From NCBI GenBank assembly GCA_963833985.1, contig CAWIAD010000002.1:4640001-4704000 (forward strand): a DNA stretch of 64,000 bases, written 5' to 3'. The notes under the pieces are model-generated. The model searched no databases and was not told where the DNA came from. It was given only the letters and a program-made list of their open reading frames with translations. This DNA comes from an uncultured Planctomycetaceae bacterium. Lineage in GTDB: Bacteria > Planctomycetota > Planctomycetia > Isosphaerales > Isosphaeraceae. Below are positions 33,384 through 44,600 of this stretch, piece after piece. The position numbers and the translations under genes were made by a program. Within the stretch, counting starts at the first letter, position 1, and every line of letters begins with the position of its first letter.

Positions 33384-33746
33384 CTATCTCAACTGGCTAT
33401 GGCCCCCACTAAGCACGCGCGGGGGAATCGGACGAAGGAATAACAACCGCCACGGATTACTCAAGAGGACGTTCAGCCTTTGCTTCTCGACCTGCAACCG
33501 ATCCATATCGCGACGCGCTGTCTCGTTCCTAGATTCGGCATGCTGGAAGGTCGATACCGACCGCGCGTGGTCCATATGAAATTGCGACATCCCCTCATCG
33601 AACACGGCGCATTCAAGCTGGTAGTTCACCTCTTCCAGCTCCTCTCGTGTATAGCGCACCTTTCTAACAAAATCAACGATTGCTAGAGCCAGCGCTATAA
33701 GCGCAATACTAAGCATGAATCGGCGCATAGTACATCGAATGGTCAC
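33384..33746 (-). CDS. Candidate immunity protein for orphan Rhs-CT 2 (N-terminal TM helix plus coiled coil)
   Basis: Starts 17 nt after the toxin stop with a GAGGT RBS; lower GC. Confidence 0.65.
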   Translation of the reverse strand: MTIRCTMRRFMLSIALIALALAIVDFVRKVRYTREELEEVNYQLECAVFDEGMSQFHMDHARSVSTFQHAESRNETARRDMDRLQVEKQRLNVLLSNPWRLLFLRPIPPRVLSGGHSQLR

Positions 33747-33762
33747 GGTGCGGCACCTCTTT

Positions 33763-35496
33763 TTAGAAGATCGGCAACGAGGCAGAAATTACCAGGATCT
33801 GTGCTCTCACGTATGCCTGATCCGCCGTTGCTTCCTCCTCTAAGAGGGCTCTTGCGTATTCCCTTTGATTAAACCTGCTTATCTCGATGAGGTGGCGTAG
33901 CTCAGCGAGCCTAGCGGCATTGTCCTTGCCGAAGTCTTTTGTTTCTGTGTTCAGACGAGTGCGTTCCTGTTTGTATAGATCTTCTTGCTGCTCTTCCTGC
34001 GCCAGCCCCTGATCCGCCTGTTCCGCGCCCTCATCGGCTTCTTCCATCTCGGCAATCGCAATGTCGTACGTGTATCTGAGGATTTGGTAATACGTGCTCG
34101 TGGAGGCCTGTCCTCCCGCTTGTTCTCCTTCCTGACCATTTTCCTGAATGTGCCCACTTCGATCAAACGTGTCCGTCGGAGCGTTGAACACGTATCGATA
34201 GAGGTTTGTGTCTCGACCCGCAAACCCTATGGCGTCGCGCTGGAGAAATCTACCGGTTCCTACCCCATACCACCTCGCATGATCATAATACTGCCCGATG
34301 GCCGCGTCCCACTCCATCCCCGCGAACTTGAACCGGTCGCCGTTCGTACCTCCGCTGCTCTCGCTGAGGATAGTTCCGTAGCTGTCGTAGACCACATGGT
34401 CGATGCTCGTGCCGGAGGTGTTCACGATGTCGCGCACGCTTCCTAACCTGTCGCCCAGATACCATGCTGTTGTGCCACCGGAGCTGGTACGAGCGAAGAT
34501 GTCGTTGATTCCGGGGCCGGAGACGTATCGGGTGAGCAGCGTGCCGGAGCTGTTGAAGTCGGCGTAGGGGTTGGCGTCGGCGCCCTGGCCGTCGTACACG
34601 GTCCACATCTGCGTGCCGTTGGTGTCCACGCCGATGCGGTGATCCAGCGCATCGTAGGTGTACGTCACTTGTTCCAGCGTGGTGCCGCCCGAGTTTTTCT
34701 CCACCGCGCTGGTCATCCGGTTGCGGTCGTCGTAGCCGAAGGTCCAGACGTCGTGAGTGGAGAGCTGCGTCTCGCCGATCGTGTTGCCTTCCTTGTCATA
34801 CGTGAACGTGTAGCCGCCGCCGGACTTTAGCTCGTTACCCGTGCCGGTGGTGTAGCCGGTCATGTTCCGGTTCCCACCCGAGTCATAGCTATAGTTTTCC
34901 GTCCGCGAGCCTCGTGCGGTCAGTAGTTCACCACCGCAGTCATAGCCGTACGTGACGGTCCCCTCGGCGTTGACCTCGGTGGTCACGCGGTTGGCGGTGT
35001 CGTAGCCATAAACATACGTTGAGAGTGCCGTGCCGGTGCCCGTCTGGTCGGTGATCGTGCCGACACGGTTGGCCGGGTCGTAGACGATCGAGGTGTTCAC
35101 AGACGTGCCCGAGCCGCCGATGGTGCGGTCGATCGAGGTGAGCCGGTTGCCCGGGTCGTACCCCAGCACCACCTGCGGCCCGGCGCTGCCGTTGTAGCTG
35201 GCCGAGATGTTCGTCAGCCGAAAAGCAGGGTCGTACTGGAAGGTCGTCACGCCGACATTCCCCGTGATGTTGTCCGTCAAGCTGGTGCGGTCGTGGTACG
35301 CGTCGTAGCCGGAGCTCAATGTCACGCTCGGCTGGTGGCTGCCCGGACCCGACGTGGAGTCGGTGAGCTGGTTGCCTCGAATCCTCGTGAGTCGAATTAC
35401 GGACACGTTCAAGGCTTTATCCATTCTGCGCAATTTGCTCGCGATCAGAGGAACGTCCCCTTCAGCCTCCTTGTCCCTTTTAGCTTTCACGTACAA
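33763..35496 (-). CDS. Orphan Rhs core plus C-terminal toxin module 2 (Rhs homology starts ~35375; CT 33763-34152)
   Basis: Core nearly identical to the main Rhs; GRFLQRDAIG..NLYRYVFNAP..DRSG, then an unrelated Glu/Gln-rich tip. Confidence 0.88.
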   Translation of the reverse strand: MYVKAKRDKEAEGDVPLIASKLRRMDKALNVSVIRLTRIRGNQLTDSTSGPGSHQPSVTLSSGYDAYHDRTSLTDNITGNVGVTTFQYDPAFRLTNISASYNGSAGPQVVLGYDPGNRLTSIDRTIGGSGTSVNTSIVYDPANRVGTITDQTGTGTALSTYVYGYDTANRVTTEVNAEGTVTYGYDCGGELLTARGSRTENYSYDSGGNRNMTGYTTGTGNELKSGGGYTFTYDKEGNTIGETQLSTHDVWTFGYDDRNRMTSAVEKNSGGTTLEQVTYTYDALDHRIGVDTNGTQMWTVYDGQGADANPYADFNSSGTLLTRYVSGPGINDIFARTSSGGTTAWYLGDRLGSVRDIVNTSGTSIDHVVYDSYGTILSESSGGTNGDRFKFAGMEWDAAIGQYYDHARWYGVGTGRFLQRDAIGFAGRDTNLYRYVFNAPTDTFDRSGHIQENGQEGEQAGGQASTSTYYQILRYTYDIAIAEMEEADEGAEQADQGLAQEEQQEDLYKQERTRLNTETKDFGKDNAARLAELRHLIEISRFNQREYARALLEEEATADQAYVRAQILVISASLPIF

Positions 35497-35520
35497 CGCT
35501 CAGTAGTGCCCCGGTTGGCT

Positions 35521-35982
35521 TTATTGCACATTGAGATCCTCGTCTCGCGGAATGAGGTAGAGGTCGAGCGAGAGGTCCAAGTTGAGCTGTCCTAGCCTGC
35601 CAAGTTGCGACGGGTATAGATTGACCACGCCGAGGCCCTGACTTGACGCCCAGAAGCAAGATACTCTCGTCACACACCGACGCGCTTGAAGCTGCGAGAA
35701 CTCATGGCGCGATGGCCAAAGCTTGTCCAGGATCCAGTCGACGTGTCGCCCGAGGTCCCTTGAATCGACGATCCCCTTCGACGAAAGGAACCAAGCGGTT
35801 ACCGGGTACGACCGTTGCAATCGCTCGTGCACACGTTCGCCGCGACGCTGAATCTGGCTTGGTGATATACCCAAACTCGCAGTGACCAAATCCGGATCGA
35901 TTTCCTCGCTGTAGATGCAAAGTGTCGCGTATGTCCTAGAGCACGTCTCGGTTTGGTCGCAGTATCGCTCGTTATTTGGCAA
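35521..35982 (-). CDS. DUF4279-like protein, candidate immunity for orphan Rhs-CT 1
   Basis: TYATLCIYSEEIDPDLVTASLGISPS..WFLSS..LNLDLSLDLY; downstream of the toxin tip; start uncertain (TTG 35982). Confidence 0.7.
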   Translation of the reverse strand: MPNNERYCDQTETCSRTYATLCIYSEEIDPDLVTASLGISPSQIQRRGERVHERLQRSYPVTAWFLSSKGIVDSRDLGRHVDWILDKLWPSRHEFSQLQARRCVTRVSCFWASSQGLGVVNLYPSQLGRLGQLNLDLSLDLYLIPRDEDLNVQ

Positions 35983-36151
35983 TGGCCCCGCCCCCGCCCG
36001 TCCGCGTCTTTGTTTTCTTGCCGCCCCGAGCCCTGCCCAGGAGATGCTCACCTTCCGGCGCGGGTGCACCGGTGTGCACCAAGTATGATCGATCACGAAG
36101 TGGCGACCGGGAAACGCAGTGACCGCGTCTACGCTTGTCCCGGCCTCCGAC

Positions 36152-37831
36152 CTACGTGTCTGGCGGGCAGTATCTCGGATCGACTTGCCACATCTGCCAC
36201 TCAAATATGAAAAACGGGGCGACTGACACGGTCCCACGGCTCCGACCGAGCTCCACCAGCTCCCTGGCCAGCACTTCCCACTGCGAATAGCTCAGGTTAT
36301 CATTGGGGCTTCTGCCAGTAGAATCCTTGAAATCATGCCCATAATCCGAGAGCTCGTATGGATTCAGGTTGTACCTCTTGGCCAGTTCCACGATGATCTT
36401 CCATCCCGAGGTCGCACTGAGCGTAGGAGTGGGGCCGGGCCTTGTGGGCGCCTGAGGCGGCACTGGTGGCGACGCCCGCCCAGGCCTGTTATGGCTTGGC
36501 GTCATGCCCTGCACGGGCTCATCCGCCGCCGTTCCACCGCCGCTCATCCCGCTCGGGTCAGTGTAAGCAAGCGGCCGATCAGCCGCATAGCGGTAGACGT
36601 TGTCGTCCCCGGCCGAGAGACCCAGCGGATCCTGCTCCGCAAACCTCCCGACCCCCGCCTCATACCACCTCGCATGGTCATAATACTGCCCAATCGCCGC
36701 ATCCCACTCCATCCCCGTGAACTTGAACCGGTCGCCGTTGGATCCTCCGCTGCTCTCGGAGAGGATATTGCCGTAGCTGTCGTACACGACGTGGTCGATG
36801 CTCGTGCCCGAGGTGCTCACGATGTCGCGCACGCTTCCTAACCTGTCGGCCAGATACCAGGCGGTTGTGCCGCCCGAGCTGGTGCGGGCGAAGAGCTCGT
36901 CGACGGCCGGGCCGGAGACGTATCGGGTGAGCAGCGTGCCGGAGCTGTTGAAGTCGGCGTAGGGGTTGGCGTCGGCGCCCTGGCCGTCGTAAACGGTCCA
37001 CATCTGCGTGCCGTTGGTGTCCACGCCGATGCGGTGATCCAGCGCATCGTAGGTGTACGTCACTTGTTCCAGCGTGGTGCCGCCCGAGTTTTTCTCCACC
37101 GCGCTGGTCATCCGGTTGCGGTCGTCGTAGCCGAAGGTCCAGACGTCGTGAGTGGAGAGCTGCGTCTCGCCGATCGTGTTGCCTTCCTTGTCGTACGTGA
37201 ACGTGTAGCCGCCGCCGGACTTTAGCTCGTTACCCGTGCCGGTGGTGTAACCCGTCATGGTGCGGTTGCCACCCGAGTCATAGCTGTAGTTTTCCGTCCG
37301 CGAGCCGCGGGCGGTCAGTAGTTCACCACCGGAGTCATAGCCGTACGTGACGGTCCCCTCGGCGTTGACCTCGGTGGTCACGCGGTTGGCGTTGTCGTAG
37401 CCATAAACATACGTTGAGAGTGCCGTGCCGGTGCCCGTCTGGTCGGTGATCGTGCCGACACGGTTGGCCGGGTCGTAGACGATCGAGGTGTTCACAGACG
37501 TGCCCGAGCCGCCGATGGTCCGCGAGATTGACGTCTCGCGGTTGCCCGGGTCGTACCCCAGCACCACCTGCGGCCCGGCGCTGCCGTTGTAGCTGGCCGA
37601 GATGTTCGTCAGCCGAAACGCAGGGTCGTACTGGAAGGTCGTCACGCCGACATTCCCCGTGATGTTGTCCGTCAAACTGGTGCGGTCGTGGTACGCGTCG
37701 TAGCCGGAGCTCAATGTCACGCTCGGCTGGTGCGTGCCACCGCCCGACGTCGAGTCGGTCAGCATGTTGCCGGCGGAGTCGTAGGTATGGGTGATGGTAG
37801 CGTAGTTGGTCAAAACAACGACTCCTGACAC
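36152..37831 (-). CDS. Orphan Rhs core plus C-terminal toxin module 1 (CT 36152-36547)
   Basis: YD repeats; DRLGSVR, GRFAEQDPLG..YTDPSG, then a unique tip. Confidence 0.9.
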   Translation of the reverse strand: MSGVVVLTNYATITHTYDSAGNMLTDSTSGGGTHQPSVTLSSGYDAYHDRTSLTDNITGNVGVTTFQYDPAFRLTNISASYNGSAGPQVVLGYDPGNRETSISRTIGGSGTSVNTSIVYDPANRVGTITDQTGTGTALSTYVYGYDNANRVTTEVNAEGTVTYGYDSGGELLTARGSRTENYSYDSGGNRTMTGYTTGTGNELKSGGGYTFTYDKEGNTIGETQLSTHDVWTFGYDDRNRMTSAVEKNSGGTTLEQVTYTYDALDHRIGVDTNGTQMWTVYDGQGADANPYADFNSSGTLLTRYVSGPAVDELFARTSSGGTTAWYLADRLGSVRDIVSTSGTSIDHVVYDSYGNILSESSGGSNGDRFKFTGMEWDAAIGQYYDHARWYEAGVGRFAEQDPLGLSAGDDNVYRYAADRPLAYTDPSGMSGGGTAADEPVQGMTPSHNRPGRASPPVPPQAPTRPGPTPTLSATSGWKIIVELAKRYNLNPYELSDYGHDFKDSTGRSPNDNLSYSQWEVLARELVELGRSRGTVSVAPFFIFEWQMWQVDPRYCPPDT

Positions 37832-37928
37832 CTTATCCCTCCCGCCTTCGACAAGGTTCTGCCAAAGTGGAACTACCGCGCCGTTCTGAGGGAATCATGA
37901 AATCGGGAGGTTATTCCCGGCCCGTTCC

Positions 37929-38411
37929 TTATCGGATCTGACCTCGCGAAGCCGTCCCCGCAGAGCCGAAGCGCAGATTGACCCCGCAGGTGCGGACAAG
38001 CCTTCTTGCGGTCCAGAGTGCGCCAGCGACACCCACTGCGAGTCCCACCACATTAAGCTCAGGCGTACCGTCGGGGTCGATTACAACGAAAAATCTGAAA
38101 CCAGGCGCGAGAGTGCTGTAGAGGAGCAAGAAGATCAAGTCCGGCGTTCCTATGAGGAAAACAGCGAGAGCAAGTGACCTTACCAGTATTCGAGCATTCG
38201 CACGACAGCTTAAGAATCGGCGACCGTCACGGCGAAGCTGTTCCGAGTGTATAGAGCAAAAAAGAGTGCCCACACTGGCTACAATGAGGGCAGCACCGAT
38301 ATGTGGATCCCCGGTTTCTAGGCTGACGCGTCCGTAGAAAACGAGTGCGAGTGCGATCCATAGAACCAGCGCGGATGTCTCGCATGTATTGTAGGGCGGA
38401 AAGTGTCTCAT
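37929..38411 (-). CDS. Four-TM membrane protein, candidate immunity for the main Rhs tip
   Basis: 160 aa, four hydrophobic segments, lower GC; first sizeable ORF after the Rhs stop (gap ~283 nt). Confidence 0.55.
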   Translation of the reverse strand: MRHFPPYNTCETSALVLWIALALVFYGRVSLETGDPHIGAALIVASVGTLFCSIHSEQLRRDGRRFLSCRANARILVRSLALAVFLIGTPDLIFLLLYSTLAPGFRFFVVIDPDGTPELNVVGLAVGVAGALWTARRLVRTCGVNLRFGSAGTASRGQIR

Positions 38412-38694
38412 GCGGTCTGCCTTTTCGCAGTCCTGTGCCCAGAATCACAGAGTGTTCTAGGGACGATTATTTATCAGGCGGCGCATAGCGTAATGCTATC
38501 TCGCAATGAGTGACGAGCGCTCATGAAGTCGAGGGCGGAGGGCCTGCTATTTCAAGCCCATGCTCCGAGCTTTGGGGGCAATAGCCGGCCCCGGACAAAT
38601 TTATGAACCTAGATGAAGGCTCAAGATTAATCTGCTTTGGCACGCTCGCGCCTGAAGCCATATCGGACCTGTGATGTGACTTTTGCTCTCCTGC

Positions 38695-41600
38695 TTAGAA
38701 TGGGGCGTAGGGTATGTGCTGTCGATTTAAGGACTTCCAGTAAATCTGGTACTTGAAGAAATCGCTCCAAAGACCGGAATTTCTCGCATATTTAGCCAGT
38801 TGTTCCGCCACATACTCGGCGTAGTGCTCCGGGTCGTAGCTTTGCCTGTTCGGGTAGGGCCTTACGTACGGATCGGGAACACCATGTTCGTAGTAATCAT
38901 GGTAACTCTCGTGGAGAAGTGTCTTAACTTGCTGGTTTGGATCCGTGTTGTAGAAAAAATCACTTGATAGATATAGTATTCCACGCTTAGCTCCGGCAAT
39001 GTTCTTTTGACTTGGATCGGAGTAAAGCCGAATCTGCATCTTCGACAGGTGCCCGACAAGGTCAGCATACATTCCCCCCTTATACTCGTCGGGAATTGTC
39101 ACCCAATTAACGGCGGCCATGGCCTGCACCAGCCTCGAGATGTACTGACGTTCGGCCTCGTTCAAAAGTTCGGAATTGGGCTGCGTTACTTTGTAAATCC
39201 CATAAACCACGTAGCTGTAGGCTCTTTCGTACCACGTCAGGTTCTGGCCGGATTGAACCTGTGTCGGAGACTGGTAGCATCCCGTCGGGTCAACGAATAA
39301 GGTTGTGCAGTTACTTACATATGCGTACAGATTTGGTAATTGATCGGATGATCCCAGTGGATCCTCTTGCACAAACCTACCTGCCATCGCCGAGTAGGAG
39401 CGTGCATGATCATAGTACTGCTCGATCGCCGCATCCCACTCCATGCCCGCGAACTTGAACCGATCGCCGTTGGAGCCCCCGCTGCTCTCGGAGAGGATAT
39501 TGCCGTAGCTGTCGTAGACGACGTGATCGATGCTCGTGCCGGACGTATTGACGATGTCGCGAACGCTTCCTAACCTGTCGGCCAGGTACCAGGCGGTTGT
39601 GCCGCCCGAGCTGGTGCGGGCGAAGAGCTCGTCGACGGCTGGGCCGGAGACATATCGCGTCAGTAATGTCCCTGAGCCGTTGAAGTCGGCGTAGGGGTTG
39701 GCGTCGGCGCCCTTTCCGTCGTACACGGTCCACATCTGAGTGCTGTTGGTGTCCACGCCGATGCGATGGTTCAGGGCATCATACGTATACGTTACCTGCT
39801 GGAGCGTCGTCCCGCCCGAATTCTTCTCCACGGCGCTTGTCATCCGGTTGCGATCGTCGTAGCCGAACGTCCAGACGTCGTGAGTCGAGAGCTGCGTCTC
39901 GCCGATCGTGTTGCCTTCCTTGTCGTACGTGAACGTGTAGCCGCCGCCGGAGCTCAACTCGTTGCCCGTGCCCGTGGTGTAGCCGGTCATGTTCCGGTTC
40001 CCACCCGAGTCATAGCTATAGTTTTCCGTCCGCGAGCCGCGGGCTGTCAGTAGTTCACCACCGGAGTCATAGCCGTACGTGACCGTCCCCTCGGCGTTGA
40101 CCTCGGTGGTCACGCGGTTGGCGTTGTCGTAGCCATAAACATACGTTGAGAGTGCCGTGCCGGTGCCCGTCTGGTCGGTGATCGTGCCGACACGGTTGGC
40201 CGGATCGTAGACGATCGAGGTGTTCACAGACGTGCCCGAGCCGCCGATGGTCCGCGAGATTGACGTCTCGCGGTTGCCCGGGTCGTACCCCAGCACCACC
40301 TGCGGGCCGGCGCTGCCGTTGTAGCTGGCCGAGATGGTCGTCAGCCGAAACGCAGGGTCGTACTGGAACGTCGTCACGCCGACATTCCCCGTGATGTTGT
40401 CCGTCAAGCTGGTGCGGTCGTGGTACGCGTCGTAACCGGAAGTCAATGTCACGCTCGGCTGGTGGCTGCCCGGACCCGACGTGGAGTCGGTGAGCTGGTT
40501 GCCACCCGAGTCATAGGTGAAGCTCAGGGTCGCGTAGTTATCCGTGATCTTGGTCAGCTCGTTATCGGCGTTGTAGGTGATCGTGATCAGGTTGGTCGTG
40601 CCGCCGGAGGCGCTGTACCAGGTCTCGCCAGTCTCCTGGCCTCCCAAGTCGTACGAGTACGTCACCACCCGGCCGTTGCGGTCGGTCGAGGCCGTGAGCT
40701 GGTCATCATAGTTGTACAGGTAGGTCGCCGTGTTACCCAGCGGATCGGTCATCGTGGTCAAACGGTCGGCCGAGTCGTAGCCCCAGGTCGTGTGGTTGCC
40801 CAGCGGATCGGTCAGAGTCGTCATCCTCCCGGCCGCGTCATAAGCCATGGTGGTGGTGTTGCCCAGCGGGTCGATGATCGTCGTGGCGCGGTTGTCGGCG
40901 TCGTAGAGCGTGGTCGTCACGTTCCCCAGCGCGTCCTTGACCGTCTGCTGGTTGCCGCCCGAATCGTAGCCGTAGACCGTGGTATGCCCCAGCGCGTCGG
41001 TCACGGTGGTCAACCGGTTCATCGTATCATAAGCATGTTGCGTCGCGTTGCTGTTAGCGTCGGTCATCCCCGTCATGTTGCCCACGCCGTCATAGACGTA
41101 GGTCGTGGTGTGGTTATTGGCGTCGGTGTAGGTGGTCAGCCGGTCGTCCTTGTCGTAATAGAACGATTGCGTCGAGCCCCCGCTGTGCCCGGGGTCCACC
41201 TCCGTCGATTCCTTGCCGGTGGGCGTGTAGGCGTAGGTCGTGATGTTCCCGAGGCCGTCCTCGACCGTCGCCACCCAGCCGCGGTAGTTGTACGCCGTCG
41301 TCGTGATCCGCCCCATCGGGTCGGCGACCTGGATCACCTGCCCCTCGGCGTCGTAGGTCGTGGTCGTCACCGCGTTGGCGCTGGCGGTCAAGGGGGCCGT
41401 GACCACCGTCGGACGGTTGAGGGCATCATACGATATGGACGTGATGCGGCTCATGGGATCGGTGATCTTGATCAGGTTGCCGCCCGAATCGTAACCGTAC
41501 ACCGTCACCCGCGACAGCGGCGCCGTGACGGTCACCGCGCGGTTCATCGCGTCGTAGGAGATGGTCGTCGTGCGCGCGACCTGAAGGGCCGGGGTCGGGT

Positions 41601-44600
41601 CCTGTTCGACGATCAAGTTGCCACCTGAATCGTAGACGTCGGTCGTCCGGTTCGTCAACGGGTCGGTCATGCCCGTCTCGCGGTTCATGGCGTCGTAGCT
41701 GTAGGTCGTCGTGTTCGACCGCTGGTCGGTGACTGACGTCACGTTCCCCTGGTTGTTGTAGCCGTGGAGCACCGTGGTGCCGTCGGGGTTCTGGACGGTG
41801 GTCGCCCGGTCCTGGCTGTCGTACTGAATGCTCGTGGTATGCCCGTTGGCATCCTTGAGCGTGGCCAGCATGCCGTCGCCGGTGTAGGTCATGGTCGTCA
41901 GGTTGCCCATCGGGTCCTGCGTGACCGTCAGGTTGCCGTGGGTATCGTAATCGTAGGTATAGACGTGGTTGTTGGCGTCGGTGAACTGGGTCACCTCGGC
42001 GAAGCTGTTGTAGCTGTACTGGTCGAAGTTCAGGTCGGGGTAGGTGTGCTGGGTGATGTTGCCCTTGCTGTCGTAGGCATACTGGTCGATGCGATTGAGC
42101 CGGTCGATGGTGACGGTGGCCAGGCCCATGGACGCGCCGCTGCCGATGCGGTCAGAGCTGGCCACGTTGCCCAGCGCGTCGACGGCCACGTCGGTCAAGC
42201 CCTGGCCGTTCCAGTCGGGGCGCAGTGTCGTGACGTTGCTGTTGGGGTCGGTATAGTTGCTGGTGGCGGTGGCCAGCGGCACGGCCGCGGTGCCGCCGCC
42301 GGAGGTGACGCTGCTGCTCAGGCCGGCCTCCTGGCTGGGGAAGAACTCCTCGGTGGTGCTGTTATCCGGCCGGGTAATCGTCGAGGCCCGCTCGGCGGAA
42401 TCGTAAGCGACCGTCACGGTCTTCGAGTTCGGGTCGGTCACCTGCGTCATGCGGCCCGAGCCGTCATAGGCATAACCCCAGGTCGAACTGTCGGGGAGGG
42501 TCGCGCCGGTGAGGCTGGATCCGCTGTGGGTGAGGGTGGTGAGCCGCCCGGCCGGGTCCTTGATCGTCTGCAAATATCCACCGCTGTATGAAAACGTCGT
42601 GGTGTTCCCATACGGGTCGGTGATGTTGGTGAGGTTACCGGAGCTGTACGAATACGTGATGTGCAACCCATTGGTGTCGATCGTGGCCGTCTCATGGCCA
42701 CCCGAATCGAAAGTGATCTGGGTGCCGTCTGTGAGGGTCCGTGTGTAGGTGCCGCCGGAGTTCTGCACCAGCGTGGAGAACTCGCCGGGCGGGTCCGTGA
42801 ACGTGCCGCCCCCGCTGCCGAAGCTGCCGCTGAACCAGAGGCTGCGGCCCCCGCTGCCCAGGTCGAGGATCATGCCGCCGGAGGCCGAGGTGATCTTCTC
42901 CAGGCCGGAGACCGACCAGCCGTTGCCGATGGTACTGGAGGAGTCGTTGAGCACCGACATCGTGCCGGTGAGGGTCGTGGTCGTGTTCGTGCTGCGGTAA
43001 TCAACCACGGTGGCCGTGTAGTTGTAGCGCCCGGTGCTCTGCCCGGTCATGTTCGCCTGAAGCGCCATCTGCTGGATGTCGCCGGCCATGAGCTGGCTGG
43101 TGTTATCGTACCAGGTCGAGCCGGTATAGACGGTGGTGCCGCCGGTGGTGGCCACAGAAATCTGGCCGCTGTCCTGGGACGGCAACGTCAGCGTGGGGCT
43201 GAGCGCATGCGGGATGTCGACGATCGGCCGTGGATCGGCGGTCAGCGAGTCATAGGTCAGGGCCACCGCGGGCACGTTGGGGTTGTAACTGGGCAGGTTG
43301 ATGCTGGTATCCAGCGCGCCGCTGGTGGCGTCGACCGACACGTTGTGGCTGACGAAGGCGGGCGCCTGGGGAAGCTCCAGATCCGGTGCCAGCGAGCCTG
43401 GCCAGGTCGGGTCGCCGCCACCGCTCATGCCCGAGCTGGACCCGGCGGGAACGAGGAAGTCATACGTGAACGTCTCGGTATGCGAGTTGGTATCGGTCAC
43501 CGAGAGCGTGACGCTGTTCACGCTGGGCGCGGGGTTGACGCTGCCGTTGCCCCAGGTGAAGGTCAGGTCGTAGCCGGTGGTTCCCGAGACGTGGTTGACG
43601 AGGGTGAGATGAGTCGTGTCCCAGCTGATCGAGCTGACCGTGGTGTTCTCCACCTGGGCGCGGAGATCGACGAACTTGTTGAACGTGGCCAGCTGGTAGG
43701 CGCCCGGGAACATCACCTCACCCTGCGTGTAATCGACCACGTACACGGGGAAATACGTGAACGACCCAAGGCTTGCCCCCGACGAGTTGCCGATCGTCGG
43801 GTCGATGTTGGGATTGATGCCGCCGCCGGAGCTCGACCCCGAGCTCGCCGGCGGTGGCGGCTGGGGTGGAATGGCGCTGGGAGGCGCACCGGCATGGGGC
43901 GGAGGTGAGGCGCCGGGCTCGGGGCTGCCGGCGCCCGGGTTGGGCGTTGGCGGGACAGTGGGCTGAGACGCGCTGGAGGCGGCTGCCAGCAGGGCGGAGG
44001 AGGCCGCCTGGTTGCTGCCGCTCGAACCCGGCGCGGGAACCTTCAGCGGCGTGATCGCGCCGCGGTTTGCAGTAGCCGCTGGCGCACTACCGCCGGCGCC
44101 TGTGCCCAGGTTGATCACCTGCCCGGCCCCCTGGCGCTGCGCCGGATGCCAGGGAGGCGTGATGCCTGTCTCACCGTTCGAGGCCGGGCTTTGCAGGGGT
44201 AGCAGGCTTAGCCAGTCGCCCGGCGCCGCTGGCGCCGGCACGATGGAGACGGGAACGAGGCCTTGTGCATTGCCCGCGCCGCCGGTTGTTCGCGGCCGCG
44301 CCGCGGCGGAGTTGAGAAAAGTCGCCGCTCGCGCCGTGGTGCCGGCGCTCGCGGGGGCATTCTGTCCAGGAGTTGCACCGCCTCCCCGGCCCGGCCGGGC
44401 CGCGGTGCCGGCAAGCTGCGCCTTGCTCGCCGCCGACAGACCCAGGAGGGAATCCAACCCCAGGGGCAGCCCCATGCTCAGCGCCGTCAGACTGATCGGT
44501 TCCGTGATCATTATCCGGAGCTCGCACTGTTCCAGGCGATCGAACTTCCTGGCCATGCGGGCACGTCTTCGCTCGGTGAAGCTGAGGCGGTGCTTGCTCA

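Noticed and set aside
38412..38694. A 46-codon minus-strand ORF (MASGASVPKQ..) right after the Rhs stop as the immunity gene
   Set aside because: Too short, no close RBS and no motif; cannot be supported
34153..40540. Diversity-generating retroelement template/variable repeats among the Rhs copies
   Set aside because: Repeats are over 1 kb, differences are not adenine-specific and there is no reverse transcriptase in the window
40420..43908. Long plus-strand ORFs (402, 275, 415 aa) opposite the Rhs gene, and similar antisense ORFs elsewhere
   Set aside because: Shadow frames expected from high GC3 codon bias; no recognisable motifs
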